64,000 nucleotides of DNA from Cyanophyceae cyanobacterium (lineage in GTDB: Bacteria; Cyanobacteriota; Cyanobacteriia; Cyanobacteriales; JBHJGN01). The notes below the pieces were generated by a model. The model was not told the origin of the DNA. It did no database searches and was given only the letters and a program-made list of their open reading frames with translations. How positions within the stretch are numbered: position 1 is the first letter of the stretch; every line of letters starts with the position of its first letter. The stretch lies in the NCBI GenBank assembly GCA_050331735.1, contig JBHJGN010000015.1, positions 1-64,000 of the forward strand, read 5' to 3'. The position numbers and the translations under genes are program-made. Shown piece by piece: positions 17,301 through 26,946 of this stretch.

Positions 17301-19313
17301 CTAATCAAGTTTGTTAGCCTCGTGCTTCCACTTCTCGATCTCTACCGTGCCATCGGTGCTGGCTAGGGCAAGATAGTTGTCATTGGCGGGATCGAAGTCA
17401 ACAGTGACTAAATTGTTTTGGTCGGATAACTCTGCTACTTCATTGCCGTTGGTCTGCCATACTTTTGCTGTCCCGTCAGCACCAGCCGTTGCTAAGTTCT
17501 TCCCTGTTGAACTGAAAGCGACGTCTGCCACGTTGTCTTGAGGTAAGAAAATTGCTTTTTGGTCATAGCGGTGTGCTGGCCACTCCCAAAGTTGGGCTTT
17601 GTTATCGGAACTGGTCGTGGCTATATATTGTCCGTTGGGACTGAAACGGATTGTTAACAAACCAGTTTGATACTGGAGGTGCGCCACTTCTTCAGAGTTA
17701 GTAATATTCCACACCTGGGCAGTACCGTCCGCACTAGCCGTTGCCAAATATTGTTCGTCTTTTGGGCTAAAGGCCACATCGACAACATCCTGTTGAGGAA
17801 GCGCGACGAGTTGATTGCTGTGCAACCCTTGCCACTCCCATACTTGGGCTTGATGATTCAATTTGGCTACGGCGAGATACTTTCCTGTGGCGCTGAAGCT
17901 AACGGCTGTGACGTAAGTTGGGTTGTCTAGTCGCGCCATCTGTTCGCCGCTGGCTGTTTCCCAGACTTTAACAACACCATCAGCGCTTGCTGTAGCTAAA
18001 TACTGCCCCTCTGGGCTAAAGTCGAGGGCGACTACGGGGCTGCTGTGCCAGAAGGTTTTAAAGTGAACAATGCCGTCAGCATCAATCTGCCACAGTCGTG
18101 CTGTAGCATCCAGGCTAGCCGTTGCTAGGGTGGACTGCTCTGGGCTAAATTGAATAGCGACTACGCCACTGGTGTGGGACTCCAGGTAGCAAGCGTCACT
18201 AGCGACATCGAGCACTCGGACTGTTGTATCTAAACTAGCTGCGGCTAGATACTGACCATCTGGGCTGAAGTCCATCGCACTAACGTTATCGGCAGGAAAT
18301 TCACAGGCATTCAAGGAAGAGAACACCCCCGGCAGTTTTTCGATGTAGGGTCTGATGCCAATACCGATTAAAACTCCACCAATGGTTAGTCCAATCGTTA
18401 GCCACGGTCGGAAAGCTGGAGGAGGTGATGGGCTTGGCTCAGATAATGAGCGTTCAATCTCCTCTAAACGCTGCCGGATAGCGTGTGTATCTTGAGGACG
18501 ATTTTCCACTGACTGAGCCATAAGTCGGTCGATTAGATTTGCTAGGGGAGCTGAAATTTGGCTCGCACTGTCCTGCCATCGAGTTTTCAACTCATGAGGC
18601 TGCTTCCCCGTTAGCAGACGAACAAACGTACGCCCTAAAGCAAAAAAATCAGATTGAGGAACAGCTCGGCCTTCTATTTGTTCTGGAGCCGTGTAGCCTA
18701 AAGAATGAACTGCCGTGATCGTTTGCCCAGCGACGACGGTTGTGGTCATTTCCCTGGCTGTCCCAAAATCAATCAACACGAGCTGCCCATCGGGTTTACG
18801 CATAATATTAGCTGGTTTAATATCGCGATGAAAAAGCTCCTGTTGATGCACGTATCCCAAAATTTCTGCCAGTTGTTTGAGCCACCGGAGTGCCATATCT
18901 TGAGAAATTCGTCCGTGTTTCTGCACCCACTTTTCTAAGTCCTGTCCCGCAATTTTTTCCATAGCTAAGCACTGAAGCCGCTGACCATTGTTCAGCTCAA
19001 CGGTAAAATATTCTCCTAGCTCTGCTCTCGGAATTCCTGGATGCCTTGAACGAATCAAAATCTCGGCTTCTTGCTCAAATAGTTCCCTGTATTTAGACTG
19101 GCTACTCTTCAGAGATTTGAGAACTTTCGGCTGTTTCTGCTGGCAATCGTCAGCCTGGAAAATCTCAAAATAGGGGGAGGTATCCAAATCGCGTAGCGGT
19201 CGAACCAGCCAATACCGTCCGTTAATGTGCAATAAATTATTGCAGTCCTGGCATCGTTCGACACCATCAGGATTTTCACGGATCGGGCAGTTGGGATTGA
19301 TGCAGTAAGGCAT
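17301..19313 (-). CDS. Ser/Thr kinase with N-terminal 4-Cys motif, TM segment and C-terminal WD40 repeats
   Basis: YCINPNC...CQDC; HRDIKPAN, DFG, YTAPEQ; repeated FSPxGxxLATAS.DxTAxxW. Confidence 0.93.
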   Translation of the reverse strand: MPYCINPNCPIRENPDGVERCQDCNNLLHINGRYWLVRPLRDLDTSPYFEIFQADDCQQKQPKVLKSLKSSQSKYRELFEQEAEILIRSRHPGIPRAELGEYFTVELNNGQRLQCLAMEKIAGQDLEKWVQKHGRISQDMALRWLKQLAEILGYVHQQELFHRDIKPANIMRKPDGQLVLIDFGTAREMTTTVVAGQTITAVHSLGYTAPEQIEGRAVPQSDFFALGRTFVRLLTGKQPHELKTRWQDSASQISAPLANLIDRLMAQSVENRPQDTHAIRQRLEEIERSLSEPSPSPPPAFRPWLTIGLTIGGVLIGIGIRPYIEKLPGVFSSLNACEFPADNVSAMDFSPDGQYLAAASLDTTVRVLDVASDACYLESHTSGVVAIQFSPEQSTLATASLDATARLWQIDADGIVHFKTFWHSSPVVALDFSPEGQYLATASADGVVKVWETASGEQMARLDNPTYVTAVSFSATGKYLAVAKLNHQAQVWEWQGLHSNQLVALPQQDVVDVAFSPKDEQYLATASADGTAQVWNITNSEEVAHLQYQTGLLTIRFSPNGQYIATTSSDNKAQLWEWPAHRYDQKAIFLPQDNVADVAFSSTGKNLATAGADGTAKVWQTNGNEVAELSDQNNLVTVDFDPANDNYLALASTDGTVEIEKWKHEANKLD

Positions 19314-19339
19314 ACTCTTATCTAGAATCGGTTCTTTAC

Positions 19340-20896
19340 TCAGTTTTGAGCAAGCTCAAGCAGATGGCGAACGTTCTCTGGCAGATATCCCACCTCTAGC
19401 AGGGACTTTTCTTGCAGGAGAGCCTGCATGTCATTCAGCTTTGATTCAATGAGTTGTTCATTCCTAAAGATAGTGCGTAACTTGTCCTGAATCCGCGTGA
19501 GAATCGGGATGAAGGAAGCTTCCTTGATGCCATCTTTGTCCTGAACAAGGACGTGGTTTCTCAGAAGCTGTATCTTGTCGAGTTTTTGAGCTTGGATTTC
19601 TTCGCAAACCTGTTCAACTAACCGATTTGTGACGTACTCTAAAATAGCGGGCTGTAGCGTAATCATAGAGTCTTGCCCTTTTTCAATCAGCGATCGCTGC
19701 CGGAGCGACTCTAGGGCTTCGAGGAGGTTTGCTAAAGCGACGGGTAAAAACATTTGCTCCCCTAATTGAGGCAGCGCTACTGGTTCCTGGGCGATGGCGA
19801 GGCAGTACATAATATCCTTTTCGAGTTCGGAGAGGCGCTCAAACTGATCGGCGAGCAGATCCTCAATATCGCCGATCACAAGAGTGTTGTAGGATAAAAA
19901 ATCCGTGACCCTGCCCCCAAAAAACTCTTGAATGGTGCCGGAGACGATCTTCAAAGCCAAGGGATGACCTCTATAGAGTTTGATCAGGGTTGTCCATTCC
20001 CGCTCTTGAGCTAATCCTTTTGAGTGCAAAATCTTTCTGGCATCTGCCTCTGGTAAACCAGCAAGCTGCCAGGACAAAACGGGCAGATTTTCTCGTTCGA
20101 GGAAGGCTACTTCCTTGGGTTTTTCTAAACCGACGAGCATCAGGCAGCTTTGATGAGGTTCTTCTCCCAGTCGCTGGAAGAGTTTGCCATAGTCCTCATA
20201 TTTTTCCCGGTAGTATCCAGCCACACCACGACTGAGGACTGCTTCGAGATCGTCGAGAACAAGTAAGCAGCGCTGCCGACGCAGATGCTCGATTAATTGA
20301 GAGATTCGATCGTCGATGTCTTCTAATTTAGTTGGCTGATGAGAGAGCAACGTTACTAGCTCACTGAGGAGTTCGTCGGCAGGCAAAGCACGACGCAGCG
20401 ATCGCCAAATCACCCAGTCAAACTCGGACTGAATCTGCTGAGCCAGCTTGATGGCTAGGGTAGTTTTACCAATGCCGCCAATTCCTAGCAAGGCAACTAA
20501 TCGAGAGCCTTTCACTATAGAGCGTTCTAGCTCCATCAATTCTGTGCTGCGTCCGTAAAAGGCGCTAACGGGCGGGGCTTCCCCCCAATCTTGGCGGGCT
20601 TGATTGCTGTCCTCCTCAGTTTTACTGGCAGAAGCTACCTCACTTAGGTGATTTTGTCGAGCCAGAGAGATGAGAAGCTGCTGTAATTTGGCTAACTTCC
20701 CCGGACCCATGCCAGTAATCTGAAATTTTTTGTACACCTCGCCGAGTCGCTTACGCACTGCGTCTTCTCGAATGTTGAGCTGTTTGGCAATTGCCGGAAT
20801 AGATTGTCCGGCGATCGCTAACGACAAAGCTTCGAGCTCACTGTCCGATACGCCGCGTTCAGAGGCTAAAGACTTAAGAAAGTCCTGGGAAATCAC
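19340..20896 (-). CDS. HTH + NB-ARC (STAND) NTPase lacking a C-terminal repeat sensor
   Basis: N-terminal LuxR-like HTH; DWGEAP..FYGR; GIGGIGKT; WRSLR; LLVLDD; GHPLAL. Confidence 0.88.
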   Translation of the reverse strand: MISQDFLKSLASERGVSDSELEALSLAIAGQSIPAIAKQLNIREDAVRKRLGEVYKKFQITGMGPGKLAKLQQLLISLARQNHLSEVASASKTEEDSNQARQDWGEAPPVSAFYGRSTELMELERSIVKGSRLVALLGIGGIGKTTLAIKLAQQIQSEFDWVIWRSLRRALPADELLSELVTLLSHQPTKLEDIDDRISQLIEHLRRQRCLLVLDDLEAVLSRGVAGYYREKYEDYGKLFQRLGEEPHQSCLMLVGLEKPKEVAFLERENLPVLSWQLAGLPEADARKILHSKGLAQEREWTTLIKLYRGHPLALKIVSGTIQEFFGGRVTDFLSYNTLVIGDIEDLLADQFERLSELEKDIMYCLAIAQEPVALPQLGEQMFLPVALANLLEALESLRQRSLIEKGQDSMITLQPAILEYVTNRLVEQVCEEIQAQKLDKIQLLRNHVLVQDKDGIKEASFIPILTRIQDKLRTIFRNEQLIESKLNDMQALLQEKSLLEVGYLPENVRHLLELAQN

Positions 20897-21122
20897 AATA
20901 GTGCTTGTTCACAAGGGTTACCCTTGCCATTATTTCACATTTACTTTAGAGAGATTTGCCTAATACACTACGGCTTTCGTATCTAGAGCTGCTGTCTCAC
21001 TTGTGTAACTTTCTGTAAAGCTTTTGTCTGCCACAGAGTTTAAAGCGTCTAGGATATATTTATCTCACTAAAGTGAGGCAATCTCAAACTTCCAGTCAAT
21101 TTTATGGACTCGAATTGATGAC

Positions 21123-21941
21123 GTGTTACTTATTAGCTCAGAAAAGCAAGCCATGTTAACTACAGATTTCAAATTGAAGACAACTGCAACTATAGGCAGT
21201 TCGGCAGTGGCTTTTCCGTTGCCTAGTCTGGCTGTCACTGTCGAATCAGTGCCGAACCCTAGGCAAGAAGATGACACATGGGTGACAGACATGGCAGCGG
21301 TTCTCAGCGATACCACAGAAGTTAAACTCAATCAGTTAATCACTGACTTGGAGGCGCAAAACGGAAGCGAAATTGCTGTCGTTACCGTCCCAGATACTGC
21401 ACCAGCAGACTCTCCTAAAGAGTTTGCGGCAGATTTATTCAATTACTGGGGAATTGGCAAAGCCGACGCAGATAACGGCATACTGTTTTTGATTTCGACA
21501 GGAGAACGTCGGATTGAAATTGAAACGGGGTATGGGATTGAAGCAATTTTACCCGATACTCAAGTCGACCACATTATTACTGAGAAGATCGTGCCGCGAC
21601 TGAAACAGGGTGACTATGACGGCGGTACGCTAGCTGGCACCCAAGCTTTAATCACAGCTTTGCAAAATCCGCATCAGCAGACAACCGATTCAGTAGGTCA
21701 GTCTGGCAACTTCTTTGGTTCAGTACCGTTCTTTGGACTGCTCCTCATTCTAGCAGTCGTCATCGGTTTACTCTTTAACAGACGCAAACAGCGTCATGGG
21801 AGTGCTGGCAGAAGCCATTCTACTGGCGGCGTGATTGGCAGCGGTGGTTGCAGTAGCGGCGGTAGCAGTGGCAGTAGTGGAGGTGGTGGTAGCTTCGGCG
21901 GCGGCAGTAGTGGGGGTGGCGGTGCTGGTGGCAGCTATTAA
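21123..21941 (+). CDS. TPM-domain protein with Gly-rich tail
   Basis: WVTDMA, EIAVVTV, FNYWGIG...DNGILFL, IETGYGIE; FGGGSSGGGGAGG end. Confidence 0.9.
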   Translation: MLLISSEKQAMLTTDFKLKTTATIGSSAVAFPLPSLAVTVESVPNPRQEDDTWVTDMAAVLSDTTEVKLNQLITDLEAQNGSEIAVVTVPDTAPADSPKEFAADLFNYWGIGKADADNGILFLISTGERRIEIETGYGIEAILPDTQVDHIITEKIVPRLKQGDYDGGTLAGTQALITALQNPHQQTTDSVGQSGNFFGSVPFFGLLLILAVVIGLLFNRRKQRHGSAGRSHSTGGVIGSGGCSSGGSSGSSGGGGSFGGGSSGGGGAGGSY

Positions 21942-22065
21942 TACCAATTCTGAAAAGTAAAGTTATCGGTGCGTAGTTAGGGAACAGGGGAAATTGTTCC
22001 TGTCGGAAGGGAGAAAGGTTTCAGCACTCTTCGTTTGTGTAGCAACACCATTAAGAAATGATATA
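21940..22065. mobile_element. Diverged MITE-like repeat
   Basis: Begins AATACCAATTCTGAAAAGT like copy 3; purine-rich core; ends AAATGATATA. Confidence 0.45.
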
Positions 22066-22146
22066 AGAGTGCATTTAAGCTTCGTATCGCTTTCTCTGCA
22101 ACTGAAATTTGAGTGAACTAGACAACCCACGTAAGGAGTTAAACCA

Positions 22147-22386
22147 ATGGCAACTGTCATTCTAGTTTTGCTACTCATTGGCTTTGTTTTATTAATTGTG
22201 AGTGCCAGTCGTCGGAATTCTCGTCGTCGTTACGGTCAACATCGTGGCAGCCGCAATGACTACACGCTTTATAGCGGCGGTTCGGGTAGCGATTGCAGTA
22301 GTAGTTCTGGCGGTGAGAGTGGAGGGGGTGGCAGTAGCTTCGGCGGCGGCGAGAGTGGGGGGGGTGGTGCTGGTGGTGATTATTAA
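22147..22386 (+). CDS. Small TM + Arg-rich + Gly-rich protein resembling the TPM protein tail
   Basis: AAGGAG SD; ends SFGGGESGGGGAGGDY. Confidence 0.65.
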   Translation: MATVILVLLLIGFVLLIVSASRRNSRRRYGQHRGSRNDYTLYSGGSGSDCSSSSGGESGGGGSSFGGGESGGGGAGGDY

Positions 22387-22389
22387 CAG

Positions 22390-22614
22390 GCGATCGCCTT
22401 TCAACCTCATAGTCAGATTCTCGCTGGCGGTCGTGAAGAGACAATCAAATTGTGGCATACAGGTAGCGAGCTCGTTGCCTTTAGTCCCGATGGGAAATTT
22501 TTAGCCAGTGCTAGTGAGCCACTCAGCGGTGCTTCTGGTGTTTTAGGTAGAGATGAATCTCTTTCTGAAACTCTTGCCTATGAAATCAAGCTGTGGCAGA
22601 TGACGCAACCATAA
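22390..22614 (+). pseudogene. Start-less WD40 repeat fragment
   Basis: Open frame AIAFQPHSQILAGGREETIKLW...VAFSPDGKFLASAS...EIKLW* beginning at a HIP1 site. Confidence 0.65.
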
Positions 22615-22741
22615 ATTTTTCTTGAATAACATTTTTTACTACCTGCTTTTCTGGCTACACCATCACGATCAAACTTTCGACTGACGACTTCATCAACAGC
22701 AAAGCCAGAATCAATCCCTAGTTAAGGATAGGAAAATCAAT

Positions 22742-23743
22742 ATGAACCCTCGACTAATATTCTCAACGATAACGACCCTAATCGCTACAGCAGTTCTTTC
22801 ACCGACGGTGCAAGCCATTACCATTCGCCACGATAACGCGGACTTTTACTACCAAGCTCGCGGCAACTCTTTCGTCAGCGTTGGTCAACTGGTGATTAAT
22901 TCCTCCAGAATTTGTTCAGGAACGCTCATTCGTCCCGCCTGGGTGCTGACGGCGGCTCATTGTGTCGATAACCTGAGAGCGGCGACTTTCTATATTGGTC
23001 AGTCGAGTTACTCAGTCGTGCGCTCCATCGCCCATCCAGGATGGCTTCAGTATAGAAGAAATAAATTCGTCGGGGCAGATCTGGCGTTAGTACAGCTCAA
23101 CCGCGCCGTTAACAATATCAGTCCGGCTCCTCTGTTCGCTGGGTTTAATGAAGTGAGGCAACTTGGTACCTACGTTGGCTTTGGCTATACCGGTACGGGT
23201 CTGACTGGCTTTACCCGCTATGACGGTCGCAAACGGGGAGCCTACAATCGTGTGGATGCGACGGGAGCCTTTTACGGATGGTCGCCTCGGCTGCTCTTGA
23301 GCGACTTTGATAATCCAGGGGGAACGGCGAATCGCTTGGGTTCGCCCCAACCTTATTTTCTCGAAGGTTCTCTAGCGCCAGGAGACAGTGGTGGGGCTTT
23401 ATTTATCAGTGGTTGGCTAGCGGGGGTAAGTGCTTTTGCGCATCCCCCTCATTTTCGGAATGGGCGATATGGCGCACTGATAGCCGCCACGCGCGTATCA
23501 ACATCCTCTCGCTGGATTGCTTTAACGGTGGGCAGTCGTTGGTTAACTGCCCCTCCCCTTGCCTCTTCACTCAGCAGCTCGACTCGTCATGGTAATCTGT
23601 CGGCGGCTGATTCTATTAATGCTCCTGCGATAGAGTTTTCCATCGCTACAGAGGAGTCACCGAAATCTGTTCCCGAACCTTCCGGGCTCATCGCTTTACT
23701 ATTGCTTCTTGTTCTGCTGGGGCTAGCGCCTCGCCCCGACTAG
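22742..23743 (+). CDS. Trypsin-like serine protease with PEP-CTERM sorting signal
   Basis: CSGTLI...LTAAHC, DLALVQL, GDSGG; C-terminal VPEPS + hydrophobic stretch. Confidence 0.9.
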   Translation: MNPRLIFSTITTLIATAVLSPTVQAITIRHDNADFYYQARGNSFVSVGQLVINSSRICSGTLIRPAWVLTAAHCVDNLRAATFYIGQSSYSVVRSIAHPGWLQYRRNKFVGADLALVQLNRAVNNISPAPLFAGFNEVRQLGTYVGFGYTGTGLTGFTRYDGRKRGAYNRVDATGAFYGWSPRLLLSDFDNPGGTANRLGSPQPYFLEGSLAPGDSGGALFISGWLAGVSAFAHPPHFRNGRYGALIAATRVSTSSRWIALTVGSRWLTAPPLASSLSSSTRHGNLSAADSINAPAIEFSIATEESPKSVPEPSGLIALLLLLVLLGLAPRPD

Positions 23744-23794
23744 TATCTGTTCTCGATCTCAGGCAAGAGACTCATCGACGCATGGAGTGAAATC

Positions 23795-24289
23795 ATGAGA
23801 TATCAAGCGACTCTAATCGATAAAACGAAAGCTGTAGTACTGCTCTTAAGTGCGTGGACAGTTCTAGGCTTTACCTATTTTTTCAGTTTAGTTCTAACCT
23901 ATCAGCTAGAAACCCGTTCGCCAGCCGGCAAGAAAATTACATCTGGTCAGGTCACTCAGATCGAAAACAAAAGCGGAATTAGCCCTTGGGGAACGCCACT
24001 TAAACGCATTGCTGTCACTGTTAAATTTAGTCCTCAGCCGGGAAAAACTTTAGAAACTACTGACCATTTAGATAATCTCAAGCTCCACGGCAGTCATAAG
24101 AGGCTCAGCAGAGGTGATCCTGTCCCTGTCGTCTACGATCCAGCTAAACCACAAAAAGCCTATATCTGGCTGGCTTCAAGAAATATGCCTCTCCTTGTTT
24201 TTGTAGTTGTAGTCTTGCCTGGAATTATCTGCTTTGGCGTTCTTCAAAGTATTGGACTCAAATTCCTCTCAGACGACGGTGAAATCTAG
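23795..24289 (+). CDS. DUF3592-like membrane protein
   Basis: Two terminal TMs; GDPVPVVYDPAKPQKA motif. Confidence 0.7.
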   Translation: MRYQATLIDKTKAVVLLLSAWTVLGFTYFFSLVLTYQLETRSPAGKKITSGQVTQIENKSGISPWGTPLKRIAVTVKFSPQPGKTLETTDHLDNLKLHGSHKRLSRGDPVPVVYDPAKPQKAYIWLASRNMPLLVFVVVVLPGIICFGVLQSIGLKFLSDDGEI

Positions 24290-24724
24290 TTTCTTAGCTT
24301 GGATTAATATCGCTCCACGCACCAGTTGATTTTATGCTGTCTACATCCGTTATCGTTCCAGTCGGTATTGTGAAAAAAGCAGTAACTACAATTCTGTCTT
24401 TTCCTTGTACAGTTTTCTTTTCCCTAGCTTTTTGTTTAAAAATGACAGCTTGCAATACATTTTTTAATAGAATTACTTGAAGTTGAATGAATATTTAGTT
24501 TACGACGGTTACGTTAGATGCGTATAAAAATCAATATTGCCCTTGTGTTAAAATTGAACGTTTTATTAAGACAAAATGCTTATTAGGTAGAAAAATTAAT
24601 TGAAAGAAAAAGTAGACAAAGGCAGAAGGCAGAGAGCAGAAGCAGAAAAATATACAACTAATATAATCTTCTCCTCGCCTCGGGTTTTTTATGGTATTTA
24701 AAAGAAGATTTTCAAAGGAGGCAA

Positions 24725-25051
24725 ATGAATATTAAAACAGTAGCAATGGCAGTAGGAATTATTGGTGGCTTCTATGGATTGATCGCCGGATTTGTTGGGG
24801 GAACAATTGGAGCTCTTGTACTGAGTGAGGCTTCCGGATTCGGTGGTATTCTTTATGGATTGCTGGCTTTGGCAGCACCGATTGTTGGTTTAGTAGGAGC
24901 CGGAATGGTCAATAAAAAGCCATTATTTGGCAGTAGTTTAATGGCGATAGGCGGTATTGGCATGTTTTTAGTTCATATCTTCGGCATCTTTCCGGCTCTG
25001 TTTTTTCTGGCTGGAGCCATTCTCGGAGTAATTGGTAAATATCAAAGTTAA
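24725..25051 (+). CDS. Small Gly-rich multi-pass membrane protein (DUF4064-like)
   Basis: AAGGAGG SD; 3-4 hydrophobic segments. Confidence 0.7.
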   Translation: MNIKTVAMAVGIIGGFYGLIAGFVGGTIGALVLSEASGFGGILYGLLALAAPIVGLVGAGMVNKKPLFGSSLMAIGGIGMFLVHIFGIFPALFFLAGAILGVIGKYQS

Positions 25052-25311
25052 AGCGAGATTGCCCAGCTAGTTAGCCAGCCGCCTCATGTTTAGTTCATTA
25101 AGCAAGAAATTCTTCATCTCTCTGACGGCGCTCTAGATTGAGATGGTTGTTCTGCTCGAGCTGATTAAAGCACGGAGACAATTAAGATACTGGAGCTTTC
25201 CCAATACCATTGCCGTAATCCAATTCAGTTTTATTGGTAGAGCTGATATTTCTTTTGAGCAAGGTAGCTAGGAGCAAGACAGGCTTAACCACTGTTAAAA
25301 AATTAATCGAC

Positions 25312-26838
25312 ATGAAACAGATATTGAGCGATCGCTACGAAATTTTGCAGCCACTTAGCAACAAGGGAGGACGACAAACTTTCCTAGCGCGGGAGCTTAA
25401 AACTCAAAGTCCCGCCGGAGGTCTCTCCGGTGGCTGCTTTGAGCAAGCTCAAACCCTCGTTGTCCTCAAGCTCCTCAAGTTTGGGCAAGATTTTGAATGG
25501 GAACACCTCAAGCTATTTGAGCGAGAAGCCAAAATTCTCCAAAACCTCTCTCATCCTGCTATTCCTCGTTATCTAGACTCTTTTGAACTTGATTTACCTC
25601 ACTGCCAAGGCTTTGCTTTAGTGCAAACCTATATTGAAGCAAAATCCTTAGAAGAGCATCTAAAGAATGGACGCACCTTTAGCGAAGCCGAGGTTAAACA
25701 ACTTGCCCAAGCTTTGCTAGAAATCCTCATCTATTTACACGGACGCTCCCCCGCCATCGTTCATCGGGATCTTAAACCGAGCAATATTTTGCTGACTAGT
25801 CGCTCAGGACATCAAGTTGGTCAAGTCTACCTGGTGGATTTTGGCTCAGTCCAAAGTTTGGTGGCCACTGAAGGTGGCACAATGACTGTCGTGGGAACCT
25901 ATGGCTATATGCCCCCAGAACAATTTGGCGGACGTGCCGTTCCTGCCTCTGACCTCTATAGTTTAGGGGCAACGCTCATTTATTTGGTCACCGGGGCACA
26001 TCCAGCCGATCTGCCGCACCATAACCTGCAAATCCAGTTCCGCGATCGCGTCAGCCTGCACCCAAGTCTGGTGAGCTGGATAGAGAGATTAACTAAACCT
26101 ACTGTAGAAGAACGATTCAATACGGCGGCACAAGCGCTTGAAGCCTTAGAGCAGTTATCGAGTGGTCTAGTTCCCTCAGTTCGTCATGGAACACTAAGCG
26201 GTCGTGAACAAATTAGACCAACTCTGACGCTCGCTAAAAAATCTAATCATGAACTAGAAATAAGGTTTGCCAATGAAATAAATACCAACAATAAATCTCA
26301 CCCAGAGATTAGGAATAGGCATCTTAAATCTTACCCAGAAATTAAAAATAGACGCCGCACAAGCAAAGCCTCATTGACTATCTACCTAATTTACTTTGTA
26401 GGATGGTTAGCGGTTGTTATGGTCGGGTTCGCTGCAAAACTTACTTTGGCAGCTTTTGGCTCATTAGGCATAACCTTAGTCACAACTCTTTTTATAATCT
26501 TATTTTTTATTCTTGTCCTTCACAATCGTCAGTTTTATTCTCTCTACTTCAATAAAAACAGAAATTTTTTTAAGATTGTCCATCGGTCACTACTTGCCTA
26601 TGACTGCGAATCAGCCTGTATTTCAGATATTCGCTATATCTCAATTGTAGAAACAGCTCGTCCCTACACAACTGCTGTCAATCGTGCAACCTTTAATCGG
26701 CAGGAGTATTGCCGCTATCGGGTGACTATTCGAGCGAACAAAAGCTATTCCTTGAAAATCATGCTGTCTGAAGAAGAATGTCTTTGGTTAGTCAACAAAA
26801 TTCAAACCTGGTTGAAATACGGAGAACTAGCTTTATAA
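25312..26838 (+). CDS. Ser/Thr protein kinase with C-terminal TM segments
   Basis: VVLKLL, HRDLKPSN, DFG, GTYGYMPPEQFGG. Confidence 0.92.
   Translation: MKQILSDRYEILQPLSNKGGRQTFLARELKTQSPAGGLSGGCFEQAQTLVVLKLLKFGQDFEWEHLKLFEREAKILQNLSHPAIPRYLDSFELDLPHCQGFALVQTYIEAKSLEEHLKNGRTFSEAEVKQLAQALLEILIYLHGRSPAIVHRDLKPSNILLTSRSGHQVGQVYLVDFGSVQSLVATEGGTMTVVGTYGYMPPEQFGGRAVPASDLYSLGATLIYLVTGAHPADLPHHNLQIQFRDRVSLHPSLVSWIERLTKPTVEERFNTAAQALEALEQLSSGLVPSVRHGTLSGREQIRPTLTLAKKSNHELEIRFANEINTNNKSHPEIRNRHLKSYPEIKNRRRTSKASLTIYLIYFVGWLAVVMVGFAAKLTLAAFGSLGITLVTTLFIILFFILVLHNRQFYSLYFNKNRNFFKIVHRSLLAYDCESACISDIRYISIVETARPYTTAVNRATFNRQEYCRYRVTIRANKSYSLKIMLSEEECLWLVNKIQTWLKYGELAL
25403..25443. repeat. Palindromic in-frame insertion in the kinase N-lobe
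   Basis: CTCAAAG...CCGGAG-GTCT-CTCCGG...CTTTGAG hairpin encoding SPAGGLSGGCFEQ. Confidence 0.6.
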
Positions 26839-26946
26839 AAGTTGTAAAAAACGAAAGCTCCCGACGGACGACTGACGATTACCGACTCAATTTAATTACA
26901 CCCATCTACTTAACTCTTTACAAAGTAAGCGATTGAAGTCTCTATT

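Noticed and set aside
17090..17317. 75-aa ORF, and 10178..10378
   Set aside because: Mostly translation of MITE sequence
25203..25239. Short AATACCATT...ATTGGTA segment resembling MITE ends
   Set aside because: Too short, and without the internal core
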